This document shows, in pieces, positions 9,401 through 18,400 of a stretch of DNA of 21,352 nucleotides; the first letter of the stretch is position 1, and every line of letters begins with the position of its first letter. The stretch comes from Candidatus Cloacimonadota bacterium (lineage in GTDB: Bacteria > Cloacimonadota > Cloacimonadia > Cloacimonadales > JAQVBK01). The stretch spans positions 1 to 21,352 of the forward strand of contig JAQVBK010000025.1 of NCBI GenBank assembly GCA_028690365.1, given 5' to 3'. The notes under the pieces are model-generated. The model ran no database searches. It saw nothing but the letters and a program-made list of their open reading frames with translations, and was not told the DNA's origin. Position numbers and translations under genes: made by a program.

Positions 9401-11304
9401 GAAACAACTTCTGGACTACCACTAATCAGCATTATCACGATGGACTATTTTCGGCAAGAAGTGGAGACATTTCCCACAATCAGCAATCAATCCTTTCTTT
9501 AACTTTGCCAATTGCACAGAATGGTGAAATATCTTTTTGGAAGAAATTATCTACCCAAAATTATCATGATAAACTAATATTCTTAATTGATGATGTAGAA
9601 ATGGGTATTTGGAGTGGAAATTTAGCTTGGTCGGAAAGTTCTTATCAAGTTTCAGCTGGCAATAGAACATTTACCTGGATATATCAAAAAGACGAAGATG
9701 TAAGTTCAGATGATGACTGCGTCTGGATAGATTGTATCACTTTCCCTGAACTGACCCCCCTCTATCCCGAGATAGGAATAAATGTTTCTGCATTTGATTT
9801 TGGAACTATTCCTGTCGGAACTTCAAGTTATTTAGATTTTCAGATCAGCAATACAGGACAAATTTTCCTTAGTGGCAGCATAGATCACGAAGAAATGTTT
9901 CAATTTTCGGAAAATAACGGATCAAATAGAACTAGAAACAATATAGATTATCCTAACAATAATCGCTCATCCAGAAATAGTTTTATCTTCTCAGTTCCGC
10001 CTCAATCCACTAACTCATACAGAGTAGCTTTTTCACCGGAAGAAATCGGTAATTATGACGGAACATTCTCTTTTGACAATAACTCAGGAAACGATATTGT
10101 TCTGACTGTAGAAGCTTCAGCTTCTGAGAATCTTTGCTTACCACCACAGAATGTTTCTGCTCAATCTCAATCAGAAGGGATACTGCTGAGCTGGGATTAT
10201 CCCTCTGATGCGCAGAATGTTATAACATGGAGTAACAGTGACTACTCAGATTCTTTTGGTACGGGTGGCACTATTCATTTACAGACATCAGTCCGCTTCG
10301 AAATAGAAGATTTAAGTTCATATAATGAAATGTATTTACATGCTATTACGTTCTATCCCACTTCCGAAAACTGTGAGTATACTTTAAAAGTGTGGAGGGG
10401 AGGACATGTTGCTGAAGGCGACATTTCTGAAGGAGAATTGATAATGAGCCAAACCGTAGAAAACTTTACGGTATATGATTGGAACAAAATTGAATTACAA
10501 AATCCTGTTCAGATAAATTCCAGTCAGGAGTTATGGTTTGGCTATGAATTTGATGCACAAGGTGGATATCCGGCTTCACTTGATTCCTCAGAATCAATCC
10601 CCTGGAAGGGCGATATGTTGAAATTAGCTGGTAATTGGATATCATTGTCTAATAGTCCTAACTGGAATGGTAATTGGTGCATAATTGGTCATTTAAGCAA
10701 CTTTGATCCCGCTACTCCAACCCCTGAATTAACCAGAAATTCTTCCAGGAAAAACAGATTATCAAGAGGAGATTTAAGATTGTTGTCAGGATACAACATT
10801 TACAGAGACAATTCGCTGCTAACTTATATTTCAAATCCAACCCAGCTTAATTACACTGATTTGGAAGTTCAGAACAATCAGGACTATTCTTATTATCTGA
10901 CTTCTGTATATGACGGTGTTGAATCTGATGCATCCGATACTGTATACATTTACTATTCATCAACAGACAATTCAAATGGAATCGTTTTTGCAAACCAATT
11001 ATCCGATAACTATCCAAATCCCTTCTTCATGTCGGCTCCTACAGGGAATTCCGGAAGGAATCATGCCTCTGAAACAAAAATTGATTTCTCTATCAGTGAA
11101 TCACAATCTGTTACACTTGAAATATATAATATAAAGGGACAAAGCGTTAAAACGCTTGTAAATTCATTTTTAAAAAGAGGTAATCATCAGGCTGTCTGGA
11201 ATGGAACTGATTCAGAAGGAAAAGCTGTCTCAAGTGGAATTTATCTCTACAAGCTGGAATTGAAAAATTACAGCAGAGTCAAACCAATGGTTCTGCTAAA
11301 GTAA
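6481..11304 (+). CDS. Gingipain-like cysteine peptidase (MEROPS family C25) with Ig-like/beta-sandwich modules and a T9SS C-terminal sorting domain
   Basis: Long ORF of 1607-1611 aa. I prefer the ATG at 6481 (MYKYVTLIMLIFFSSSFA signal peptide, GGAG 6 nt upstream) over 6469. C25 catalytic-domain hallmarks: DYLIITHSSF...LGDAEFVPTKY, a His motif LLHRDHGSRHGWGEP (7921-7965) and a Cys motif WSINCQTGWFD (8017-8049). Two CARDB/Ig-like repeats follow (about 8659-8830 and 9004-9180), then a Cys-containing beta-sandwich module (9340-9760) and FN3-like modules. The last roughly 80 aa (FSISESQSVTLEIYNIKGQSVKTLVNS...GNHQAVWNGTDSEGKAVSSGIYLYKLELKNYSRVKPMVLLK) match the type-A T9SS (Por) C-terminal domain pattern. 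Confidence 0.85.
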   Translation: MYKYVTLIMLIFFSSSFAINFEIVNSNENNLNLSLNTNSYEIMPVRLNETEYDQILFRGSSSLEPGSPDLPAFAVWIAIPNDKKPSVSFSYTSVETIDNLKISPRQHPSPDAIGSKEPEFYLNKDIYSENTYYPGKKYKLERTAGMRDYQMAILWVFPFQYNPVTRQLDIYHDVTVQVNFLGTTSPISLSRKSVEFEALLKSTAINGKEIADTQAEIRYLSEKNRHRDPGCDYLIITHSSFLNSAQTLSDWKKQLGFETMIATTEETGSSSQEIENYIDYAYYNWNNVPDYLLFLGDAEFVPTKYVNYHPYNEGMTGSDLHYADINNPPDYIADFLYGRISVETEAQADSVIARIIRYEMNPPQQASFYQTPLMAAAFQDGSEDYPPDQIADRRFSKTSEDLRNYLLLQGYNPERVYATYNGYNNEEIFPTYWNEQNWAVFENDIPMEMIPDEIQKPLFPWDGNSFHLDNALNNGRFFLLHRDHGSRHGWGEPDFDSDNVFNLNNGELRPIVWSINCQTGWFDNETDSPSNNTDMSSECFVESWFRHNSGGSIGVFGSTRVSYSGHNDRLVWGWSNAIWNGFLAWCNVQYPPSETILTLGNVMNYGKLYYMTYFPDDITRTTTMEQFQYFGDPSMKIRTSVPLQITAEHQENISMGEASMLVMTNVSDGTASLTFDNEILAVQDINSGIAVLHFPPISQLGELLLTITADNSVPYIASIELTASQGPYVILNDVEFTDDNDNNQIDYNEEILFNVELKNFGSQTAENITAELSSDNNFVTIIENVNNWDNILPGETLLLQNAFQVYISPFIPDQQEIIFNLNISDNNDNWQSNFSYIANAPDLKITQSAFLDFSSGNGNGIPDSGEILDIIITVYNDGNSDISEINSTLSSNNDFVLIENPNLYINQIPAHQPTQLIYSLEISQSAAYDQDFVLSLNLTSDSLNYIFDRSSVIGNLRESFESDSFISCQWEHSGNNFWTTTNQHYHDGLFSARSGDISHNQQSILSLTLPIAQNGEISFWKKLSTQNYHDKLIFLIDDVEMGIWSGNLAWSESSYQVSAGNRTFTWIYQKDEDVSSDDDCVWIDCITFPELTPLYPEIGINVSAFDFGTIPVGTSSYLDFQISNTGQIFLSGSIDHEEMFQFSENNGSNRTRNNIDYPNNNRSSRNSFIFSVPPQSTNSYRVAFSPEEIGNYDGTFSFDNNSGNDIVLTVEASASENLCLPPQNVSAQSQSEGILLSWDYPSDAQNVITWSNSDYSDSFGTGGTIHLQTSVRFEIEDLSSYNEMYLHAITFYPTSENCEYTLKVWRGGHVAEGDISEGELIMSQTVENFTVYDWNKIELQNPVQINSSQELWFGYEFDAQGGYPASLDSSESIPWKGDMLKLAGNWISLSNSPNWNGNWCIIGHLSNFDPATPTPELTRNSSRKNRLSRGDLRLLSGYNIYRDNSLLTYISNPTQLNYTDLEVQNNQDYSYYLTSVYDGVESDASDTVYIYYSSTDNSNGIVFANQLSDNYPNPFFMSAPTGNSGRNHASETKIDFSISESQSVTLEIYNIKGQSVKTLVNSFLKRGNHQAVWNGTDSEGKAVSSGIYLYKLELKNYSRVKPMVLLK

Positions 11305-11351
11305 TAGAGTCCGAGAGCTTGACATAATTTTCAACAGACTCAACAAATTAA

Positions 11352-11393
11352 AAGCAACCGATTCAATTGACAATACTGAGTCGGTTGCTTTTA
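11352..11393 (+). terminator. Rho-independent terminator after the C25 peptidase gene
   Basis: AAGCAACCGA (11352-11361) pairs with TCGGTTGCTT (11381-11390) around a 19-nt loop, followed by TTTT. It lies 48 nt after the stop codon. Confidence 0.55.
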
Positions 11394-11470
11394 CTAAACG
11401 GTTTACAATTCATGGTAGTGGTCATAAATTCTGATTGACAACAAAACTGTGAAAAATTTCCTGCCTCAAG

Positions 11471-11547
11471 CGGGATGTAGCGCAGTCAGGTAGCGCGTTC
11501 GGTTCGGGACCGAAAGGTCGCTGGTTCAAGTCCAGTCATCCCGACCA
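11471..11547 (+). tRNA. tRNA-Pro (anticodon CGG)
   Basis: Hand-folded 77-nt cloverleaf. Acceptor CGGGATG pairs with CATCCCG, with discriminator A and an encoded CCA. D-stem GCGC/GCGC. Anticodon stem TTCGG/CCGAA with loop TTCGGGA (U33, anticodon CGG, G37). T-arm GCTGG-TTCAAGT-CCAGT. Confidence 0.9.
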
Positions 11548-11652
11548 TAACTTGTTGATAGACAACGACTTACCACTCAATAAAATAATTGCCCCCCCCA
11601 GATTGTTTAATATTTATCTTAATTGTATAATCAGTAATTTCAGACAAAATTG

Positions 11653-12516
11653 CTATTTTGCATCAGCATTCATGATTATCGGAAGACCATCTTCTCCTCC
11701 AATCACAACAATTTTCGTGTTAGCTGAAGAAGCAAGTTTTTCGGTTGCTTCAATTCCTTTCCATTTAAGTAGTTCTTTGCTTATTCCTTTAGTGACAATT
11801 AGCTGAAAATCTGCTATTCCTTGTGCTTCAATTCTCTTTCTTTCAGCTTCTTTCTGCTCTTTTAAGAGTATGAATTCCATTCTCTGGCTTTCCTGTTCGG
11901 CTTCAAGTTTCTGTTCAATTGCCTGAGTCAATCGTGATGGCAATACGATGCTTCTTAGCGGAGTCGATTCGATAACAATACCTCGTTGATTTACTATCTC
12001 CTCTAGTTTTTGCTGAATTGTTTGAATTAGCAATTCTCTTTCTGAAGTATACAGAGCTTTTGCCTCAAATGAAGAAGTTACCGTCCGACTGACAGAGCGA
12101 AAATGAGGAATCAGCACAACTTCAGGATAATTGATTCCAACATTATTGTAAATTTCTGAAGCTTTTTGGCTATCGAGTCGGTATAGAATACTAATCTCCA
12201 ATCCTACAATCAGACCTTCCTGAGAAGGTACATTCATTACCTCTTTAACTTCCTGGGTTTTTACCGAGAACAGAATAACCTTAGCCAGTGGATTGCGGAA
12301 ATTCAATCCTGCCTTGAGTTCTTTGTCTTGTACTTTACCAAAAACATCCACAACCCCTACGTGACCGGCAGGAACAATCGTGATTGTTTCTTTCAGGGCA
12401 AATAACAGAAAAATTACAAACACAGTTAGTCCGACTTTCTTTGCTTTAGGAAGCTTAGCAAAGATAAATACTAGCAATGCAACAACTGATATCACAAAAA
12501 ATAGTAAAAAGCTCAT
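11653..12516 (-). CDS. SPFH/band-7 (prohibitin/HflC-like) membrane protein
   Basis: 287 aa with an N-terminal TM helix (FFVISVVALLVFIFA), followed by the SPFH core (IVPAGHVGVVDVFGKV...GLIVGLEISILYRL...) and a C-terminal coiled-coil region rich in E, K and Q. This is the typical architecture of prohibitin-family proteins. Confidence 0.8.
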   Translation of the reverse strand: MSFLLFFVISVVALLVFIFAKLPKAKKVGLTVFVIFLLFALKETITIVPAGHVGVVDVFGKVQDKELKAGLNFRNPLAKVILFSVKTQEVKEVMNVPSQEGLIVGLEISILYRLDSQKASEIYNNVGINYPEVVLIPHFRSVSRTVTSSFEAKALYTSERELLIQTIQQKLEEIVNQRGIVIESTPLRSIVLPSRLTQAIEQKLEAEQESQRMEFILLKEQKEAERKRIEAQGIADFQLIVTKGISKELLKWKGIEATEKLASSANTKIVVIGGEDGLPIIMNADAK

Positions 12517-12620
12517 TGAATCCTCCCTGTACTTTCTTTTAACTTACTGAAATTAAACTTCAAACAAGATTTTGCATGACAGATTAATTTCATCAATTAA
12601 TCATCTCCTTATAAGCAAAT

Positions 12621-12644
12621 AAAAAAAAGGCTGCAAAGCAGCCC
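12621..12644 (-). terminator. Rho-independent terminator after slyD
   Basis: On the minus strand: GGGCTGC-ttt-GCAGCC hairpin (12629-12643) followed by T8 (complement of the A8 run at 12621-12628). It begins 5 nt after the slyD stop. Confidence 0.6.
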
Positions 12645-12648
12645 AAGA

Positions 12649-13128
12649 TTAATGACAACATTCATGAGTGTGAACATGACCGTGTTCCAGCTCTTCTTCA
12701 GTAGCTTCTCTTATCTCCTGAACATCAATGTCAAAATATAAGGTTTCTCCCGACAATGGATGATTGAAATCTATTATCACCTCATCGTCGTGAACTTCGG
12801 TAACAGTAGCTATTCTTATTCCATCACCAGTATCAACCTGAAACTGAATTCCCTCTTCAACATCGGCAGGATCTTCAAAACTTGATAAAGGAATAGTTTG
12901 CAACAACTCATCATCATACAATCCATAGGCCTTATCGGGAGGAATAACAACATCAAATTTATCTCCGATTTTTTTCCCTTCCATAGCTTCTTCCAAACCA
13001 GCAATTATTCCGCCAGAACCTTGAATATAAACCAAGGGTTCATGATTTTCAGAACTATCAATCACTTCACCTTCATTGTTTTTTAAGACATAATGAAAAC
13101 TTACTACCTTGTTTTTCTCGATTTTCAT
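12649..13128 (-). CDS. slyD: FKBP-type peptidyl-prolyl cis-trans isomerase SlyD with a His/Cys-rich metal-binding tail
   Basis: N-terminus MKIEKNKVVSFHYVLKNNEGEVIDSS resembles the SlyD N-terminus (MKVAKDLVVSLAYQVR). FKBP domain plus IF-domain insertion. C-terminal tail HGHVHTHECCH. I prefer the ATG at 13128 (GGAG 5 nt upstream) over the ORF-track start at 13155, which is a GTG codon. Confidence 0.8.
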   Translation of the reverse strand: MKIEKNKVVSFHYVLKNNEGEVIDSSENHEPLVYIQGSGGIIAGLEEAMEGKKIGDKFDVVIPPDKAYGLYDDELLQTIPLSSFEDPADVEEGIQFQVDTGDGIRIATVTEVHDDEVIIDFNHPLSGETLYFDIDVQEIREATEEELEHGHVHTHECCH

Positions 13129-13306
13129 AAGAGCTCCTTTTTTGATTTCAGACACTATTTGAAAGCAGGAATTTCTTTATTTGGAATTCAATGCTTTCAA
13201 ATAATCTCTAGCAATTTATTTTTAGGGCAGTAAAAAAAAAGCTGAAATTATTACAAGATAAAAAAAAACCTGAATTGTATATTTTCTGTTGTAAAGTTTT
13301 GTAACG

Positions 13307-13336
13307 AAAAAAAGCGGAGAAAAATTCCTCCGCTTT
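13307..13336 (-). terminator. Rho-independent terminator after sppA
   Basis: On the minus strand: GCGGAG-gaattttt-CTCCGC hairpin (13314-13333) followed by T7 (complement of the A7 run at 13307-13313). It lies 25 nt downstream of the sppA stop. Confidence 0.55.
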
Positions 13337-13360
13337 ATATCTAACTGAATAATTTTGATT

Positions 13361-15085
13361 CTATGGCTGAAGCTTTACAGGAGTCAGCATCAATGTAGGA
13401 TCATTATTGATTAATTCCAGTAATTCAATAGCTTCACTCATTCCGAGAAATTCAGTTTTTTCCTTAACATATTTTGTAGTCATTGTTTCCAGGTTGAATC
13501 TCTCTTTCAATAACAGTTCAATAAACTTCTTTTGAGTCGGATAAAAACTAACTGAGTATTCTAGTTGATTTGACAGCTGAGCTGCCTTTTCTATTGCAGC
13601 TGATAGGGTTCCTACTTGATCTGCCAGTTTAATATTAACAGCATCATTGGCACTCCAAACTCTACCCTGAGCAATTTTCTCAACATATTCAGTTTCCAGT
13701 TCTCTACCGTTAGCAACCCGAGATTTAAATTCATTGTAGATTTCTGTGGAGAATTTCTGCATTTTATCTATTTCTTCAGGATTTGCTTTCTGCCAGGGAT
13801 TCAAGAAATTTGAGTACTTGCCAAAAGTTACTCCATCCGAATGCAAACCGACTTTGTCAGATAATTTGCTGAAATTCGGGATCATTGAAATCACACCGAT
13901 TGAACCTGTAATCGTGTATGGATCCACAAAAATATAATCAGAATCACAAGATATGTAGTAACCCCCTGAAGCCGCAACATCTCCCATGGAAATTACAACT
14001 CTTTTCTTCTCTTTCAGTTTTCTTATTCTATCCAGAATTATATCTGATTCCAGAGCACTTCCACCAGGGCTGTTGACTCTAATAACTACAGCAGCAATTT
14101 TTTGATTCTTCTCAATTTCATCCAGAGTTTTAGCCATATCACTGGCAGAAATCACATTGAAATCGAACTCATTTCTTTTGGTGGAAATATTTCCCTGTGC
14201 ATATACTACTGCAATTTCAGAACCACGGGGAACTGTATTAAACGGTGCATATTTCTTTATCGCCAGTAGTTGATCTTTTTTTATATTGAGATTTCTCCAG
14301 ATATCTTCCTTATAAGCCAGCTCATCAACCAGTCCATATTCAATTGCCTTCTGACCATTTACAAAAATATCATCTCTTTCTTCAAAAATCCACTTGATCT
14401 TGTCTATTGAGAGAGATCTGTTCTTTGCCAAATTTTCAATGAAAGTATCATAAATAGAGGAATACAGGGCTGTTAAACTCTCTTTCAAAGGTTCTGACAT
14501 CTGAGTTTCAGAAAACATTTCACCAGCACCCTTATATTTACCGGATTGAACTACAATTGCTTCTACCCCGATTTTTTCAAGCATCTCTTTATAGAACAAC
14601 CAGTTAGAGCCTATTCCTGTAAGTAATATCCCTGAGGACAAAGCCGGATTCAGATAAATTTTATCAGCTACAGAACTCAAGAGATAATCCTTATTGCCGG
14701 CATATTCTATATAAGAATAGACTGGTTTTGCGGAAATTCGCTTAAAATCTTCAATAGCCAAACAGATTTCGTTTGCAGTAGAAAACCCAACAAGTGTTCC
14801 TTTTGCCTCAATTACTATTCCACGGATATTATCATCATAAGCAGCCCTTTTTATTCTCTGAATTATGTCGTGGGCAGTTAATTGAGTTTCACCAAAGAAA
14901 TCATCGGTGAGTACACTATACTCAGGAATTTGTCCTGAAATATTCAGAAAAAGATAAGAATTAGGGTCAATTTTCCCTTTTTCTTTATTCATCAGTTTTC
15001 CAACACTTCTGGATATTAAAAAAATCGATCCAAACAGTATCAGTATTGAAGTCAAACATCCCAAAGCAAACCATTTTTTTCTCAT
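13361..15085 (-). CDS. sppA: Signal peptide peptidase SppA (protease IV), 67K type with two S49 domains
   Basis: 574 aa with an N-terminal TM anchor (MRKKWFALGCLTSILILFGSIFLI). Two ClpP/crotonase-fold S49 repeats. The S49 hallmark VVIRVNSPGGSALESDII lies in the C-terminal repeat. Length and two-domain layout match 67K SppA. Confidence 0.88.
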   Translation of the reverse strand: MRKKWFALGCLTSILILFGSIFLISRSVGKLMNKEKGKIDPNSYLFLNISGQIPEYSVLTDDFFGETQLTAHDIIQRIKRAAYDDNIRGIVIEAKGTLVGFSTANEICLAIEDFKRISAKPVYSYIEYAGNKDYLLSSVADKIYLNPALSSGILLTGIGSNWLFYKEMLEKIGVEAIVVQSGKYKGAGEMFSETQMSEPLKESLTALYSSIYDTFIENLAKNRSLSIDKIKWIFEERDDIFVNGQKAIEYGLVDELAYKEDIWRNLNIKKDQLLAIKKYAPFNTVPRGSEIAVVYAQGNISTKRNEFDFNVISASDMAKTLDEIEKNQKIAAVVIRVNSPGGSALESDIILDRIRKLKEKKRVVISMGDVAASGGYYISCDSDYIFVDPYTITGSIGVISMIPNFSKLSDKVGLHSDGVTFGKYSNFLNPWQKANPEEIDKMQKFSTEIYNEFKSRVANGRELETEYVEKIAQGRVWSANDAVNIKLADQVGTLSAAIEKAAQLSNQLEYSVSFYPTQKKFIELLLKERFNLETMTTKYVKEKTEFLGMSEAIELLELINNDPTLMLTPVKLQP

Positions 15086-15473
15086 TTGTCCTCCGATAGA
15101 TAACTATAAGTTATCTCGTTTTTATGTTGTTTTATGTACGAAATTTTTATTAAATGCTTATATGTCAATTTATTTACTTCAAATGTAAATGAACTCTCCC
15201 TAGTGTAAACAGTCTTGCGCCATAATAAAAATGCTCTTCAGAATCTGAATATTCATATCTATACTATAATTTGAGAATTGTAAAAAAAACTTTTTTCCAC
15301 CAAATATACTGCAGAAATGCTTGATGAACTATATTCATTGATTTCTTATATAATATTTTATCAGATATAGTTACATTTAATTTGACAGTTTTATGGATCG
15401 TTTTTTATTTCAATCTGGTAGTTCATTTTTTTTTAAATGAAATTCTAATATAACCTTAAATAAGGAGGATGCC

Positions 15474-18400
15474 ATGAGAAGGTTATTATTTCTGTTTTTT
15501 GTTGTGTTTTTTTTGTTACAACTGTTTGACATCAATGCAGAAAAGACCAGGAGACAATCATTTCCACCTATTCATCAGGAACTAAACCGACCTTCACGTG
15601 CACCAAGAAATCTTACAGCTGCCGAGAAGATAAACGTAAGCAATGCAATTAATACTATTTCAGGTAAAGGCACTCTCAGTTATGTTGATGCAACAGGAAC
15701 CGAAAAAGAAATTAGTTGTTCAGATATTGCTAAAGGTCTGAAGAAACAACTTGATGACGGAAGGATTAAAGTAGATCCAAATATGAGAGCAGGCAATTAT
15801 GCAGTTACTACACAAGATGGTAAAGCTACCGATGCTGGAGATAAAGTAGAACTTGATGATGCTCTTGTTGACGGAACTGATCAAACTTTTCTGGAAGAAG
15901 TTCTGGTACATGAATATGTACATAAATTGCAGGCAGGAGGAACAGTTGCTTCAGACGAGGTAGAAGCTTATGGCGTTGAAAAGGCTTATAAAGACACAGT
16001 AGGGGTTTCAAACAATAACGCCCATTACAAAGAGTGCGTAGGTAATCTTGCTTACTACCAAAACAAATACAATGAAGTAAACCCCCAAAAAAAGAAGAAT
16101 CGTTCTTCTCACATTGATGTTGACGGTGTTCATTATCAAGTAACTCTCAGCGATGAAACTCAACCAACCACCTCCAAATTAATCTATTTTGAGTGGGGTT
16201 ATCCGGTCAGTACCTACACAGAAGTAGACTTAGGTTTTCATGCCGGAGATATCATTAGTCCTGCTGTTAATCTGCTCGTTATATCCGGTGGATTACTCAC
16301 GGGAGAAGTAATGCAGGGTGTTATCCAGCATGTGGAAATCACTGCTGAAGGGCTGGAATTTTCTGATTTAATAAGTTTTCCACCTGAAGACCTTCCTCTT
16401 CCCAGCTTTTTCCACCATATTGATTACGATGAAACAGATCCTTTAAACCGGTTTATTGCCCTTGATACATCCGGACAAAGGGTCACCAGACTCAATCATA
16501 GTGGAGACTGGCATGTGGACAGTTTCTTTGATGTTTTTGTTGACATCGATATTTCGGATCAACCGGTTTATCGTATGGAATGGGCTACTCATCCAACTCA
16601 TGGTCGTGGATTAATACTGGATGATCTCGATCAGCATTACGGTTCAATGAGAAGATTAGATGAACCTATTACAATATTTACTGAATTGGACGAGACAACA
16701 CATAATGATCTTCCTGAGAGGGAATTTAGAGAGATGGTGCCGGTTATTCAGTATCCGCTTCCTCTGGCAGGTGATGTTGCTGTAAACGTTTTTGGGACTC
16801 ACGGAAGCGTTATAAATGTCTGGCTTTCAAATGAATTTGGAGAGCCTATAACCGTCTTGGGAACAGGTACTATTTTGGTCGATAATGAGGTGATAATCCC
16901 CTTGTTGGATGGTTTAGGTGATGAAAGGCAATTACTCAGTGGTGAATATATCACAATAGAAGATGTTTCTTCTGGAGAGATCCAATGGAATCCTTATAGA
17001 GTGCCGTTAACACCTGATGATGTAACTCCCGAGATACACAATCCATTCCCCTATCCCGGTAATACAATGGTCAATGTTTATGGTACTCCAGGACATGTAA
17101 TTCAGGTTTGGAAAACAGACATTGCTGGTAGTCCGCTTGAGCAATTAGGTGCGCTTTCTACTCCACCAGATAATAATCAAGTCATAGTTCCATTACTTAG
17201 ATCTTTAACTGCCGGGGAATATCTTAAAGCAATTGATCCGCTGTCAGGAGATGCGCAACCCGAGCCTTATCAAGTACCGGACATGGATGATGTTGCCCTT
17301 CTGCGAGTCGGTGACTGGCTGAATCCTCAGGAATGGCATGACTGGATTGGCAAAACAGGAGGTGGTATAGTAGACCTGCAACTACACATAGATGATCCAG
17401 ATAACTTTGTTACTAGTGTAACTTTCTCCTGGTCAATAGATGAATTTGAATGGATTGATATAATCACTCTTGATAACCGTTTAGAAACTCCGGAAGAAAC
17501 CTATGGAGACGAGACTGAACTTGATCCAGGCTGGTTTACACAATTGGATTTAAATGATTCCAGCTGGTATATTGATAGTTTCTTTGACGTCTTTTTCGAA
17601 GTAGATATTGAAACTACCCTCGGACCTACAATTCCTGTAAGTACCGTAAGGGAATTCGATCCCCAACCCCCGAATGCTATTCAGATAGTTAATCTTGATG
17701 ATTGGCAATATGTTCCCGATAGTTTTTTTGACATTACATACAATATTCCGGCAGGATACAGTGTAAGTAGTATTACAGCAAAGGCAGTAACAAAGGTAGA
17801 TTCTTTCTGGAAAGGTGTCCCCACGATTGATCAGAGAAATGTTTCCAATGTACATTGTGCTCCCACTGCAGCTGCTTCTTGTCTGAAGTGGTTTGAAGCG
17901 CAGGGAGATAATGACATCTGCGGAGTTCCATCACTGAGTGACATCGCTCTGGTTAGAGAGTTGGCAAAAGTCTGCGGCACAACTTCATCCGGAACAACTC
18001 CTTCAAATCTGGCAAAAGGCATCAAACAATGGATTGCTGCCCATGGAGGCGGTTACACTGTCAGAGGACCTTTAGCAGTCAACTGGAAACAGATGAGAGA
18101 TGAACTGGAAAGAGGGCAGGATGTCTTATCCGGCATCTATTGGCCAAATGGCGGTGGTCATAGAATGACAATGAACTCTTTCGTAAACAAAGTCAATTCC
18201 GAAGGCAAATACAAAATAGACTTTATGGATCCCTGGGGTGGTACTATAGGCTGGGGCGAATTAGATCCCAATACAGGACAGATTACCGGATTCACCGGAC
18301 AATCAGGCAATTCCGGCAAACTAGATAAAGTAATCATTGTCTGTCCGGAAGAACAAAATGCAAATACACCTGTCACTGGTGGAGTTCAGGTTGAAAACCC

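Noticed and set aside
11552-11806. Plus-strand 84-aa ORF after the tRNA
   Set aside because: It overlaps the 3' end of the band-7 gene antisense and has a low-complexity translation. Spurious.
12582-12602. GATTAAT-n7-ATTAATC palindrome upstream of the band-7 gene
   Set aside because: A 7-bp AT-only inverted repeat is expected by chance in 30% GC intergenic DNA. Not enough to call an operator.
12816-13086. Two 62-aa ORFs (minus-strand 12816-13004, plus-strand 12898-13086) within slyD
   Set aside because: Nested or antisense within the FKBP-domain gene and short. Spurious.
13616-13937. Plus-strand ORFs of 65 and 63 aa inside sppA
   Set aside because: Antisense to a well-supported 574-aa S49 peptidase gene. 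Spurious.
15720-16011. Minus-strand ORFs 15720-15923 and 15826-16011
   Set aside because: Antisense to the N-terminal region of the 1089-aa secreted protein gene, with no RBS. Spurious.
17550-18376. Minus-strand ORFs 17550-17855, 17831-18025 and 18158-18376
   Set aside because: Antisense within the 1089-aa CDS, including its Cys/His module. Longest is 101 aa, with no supporting signals.
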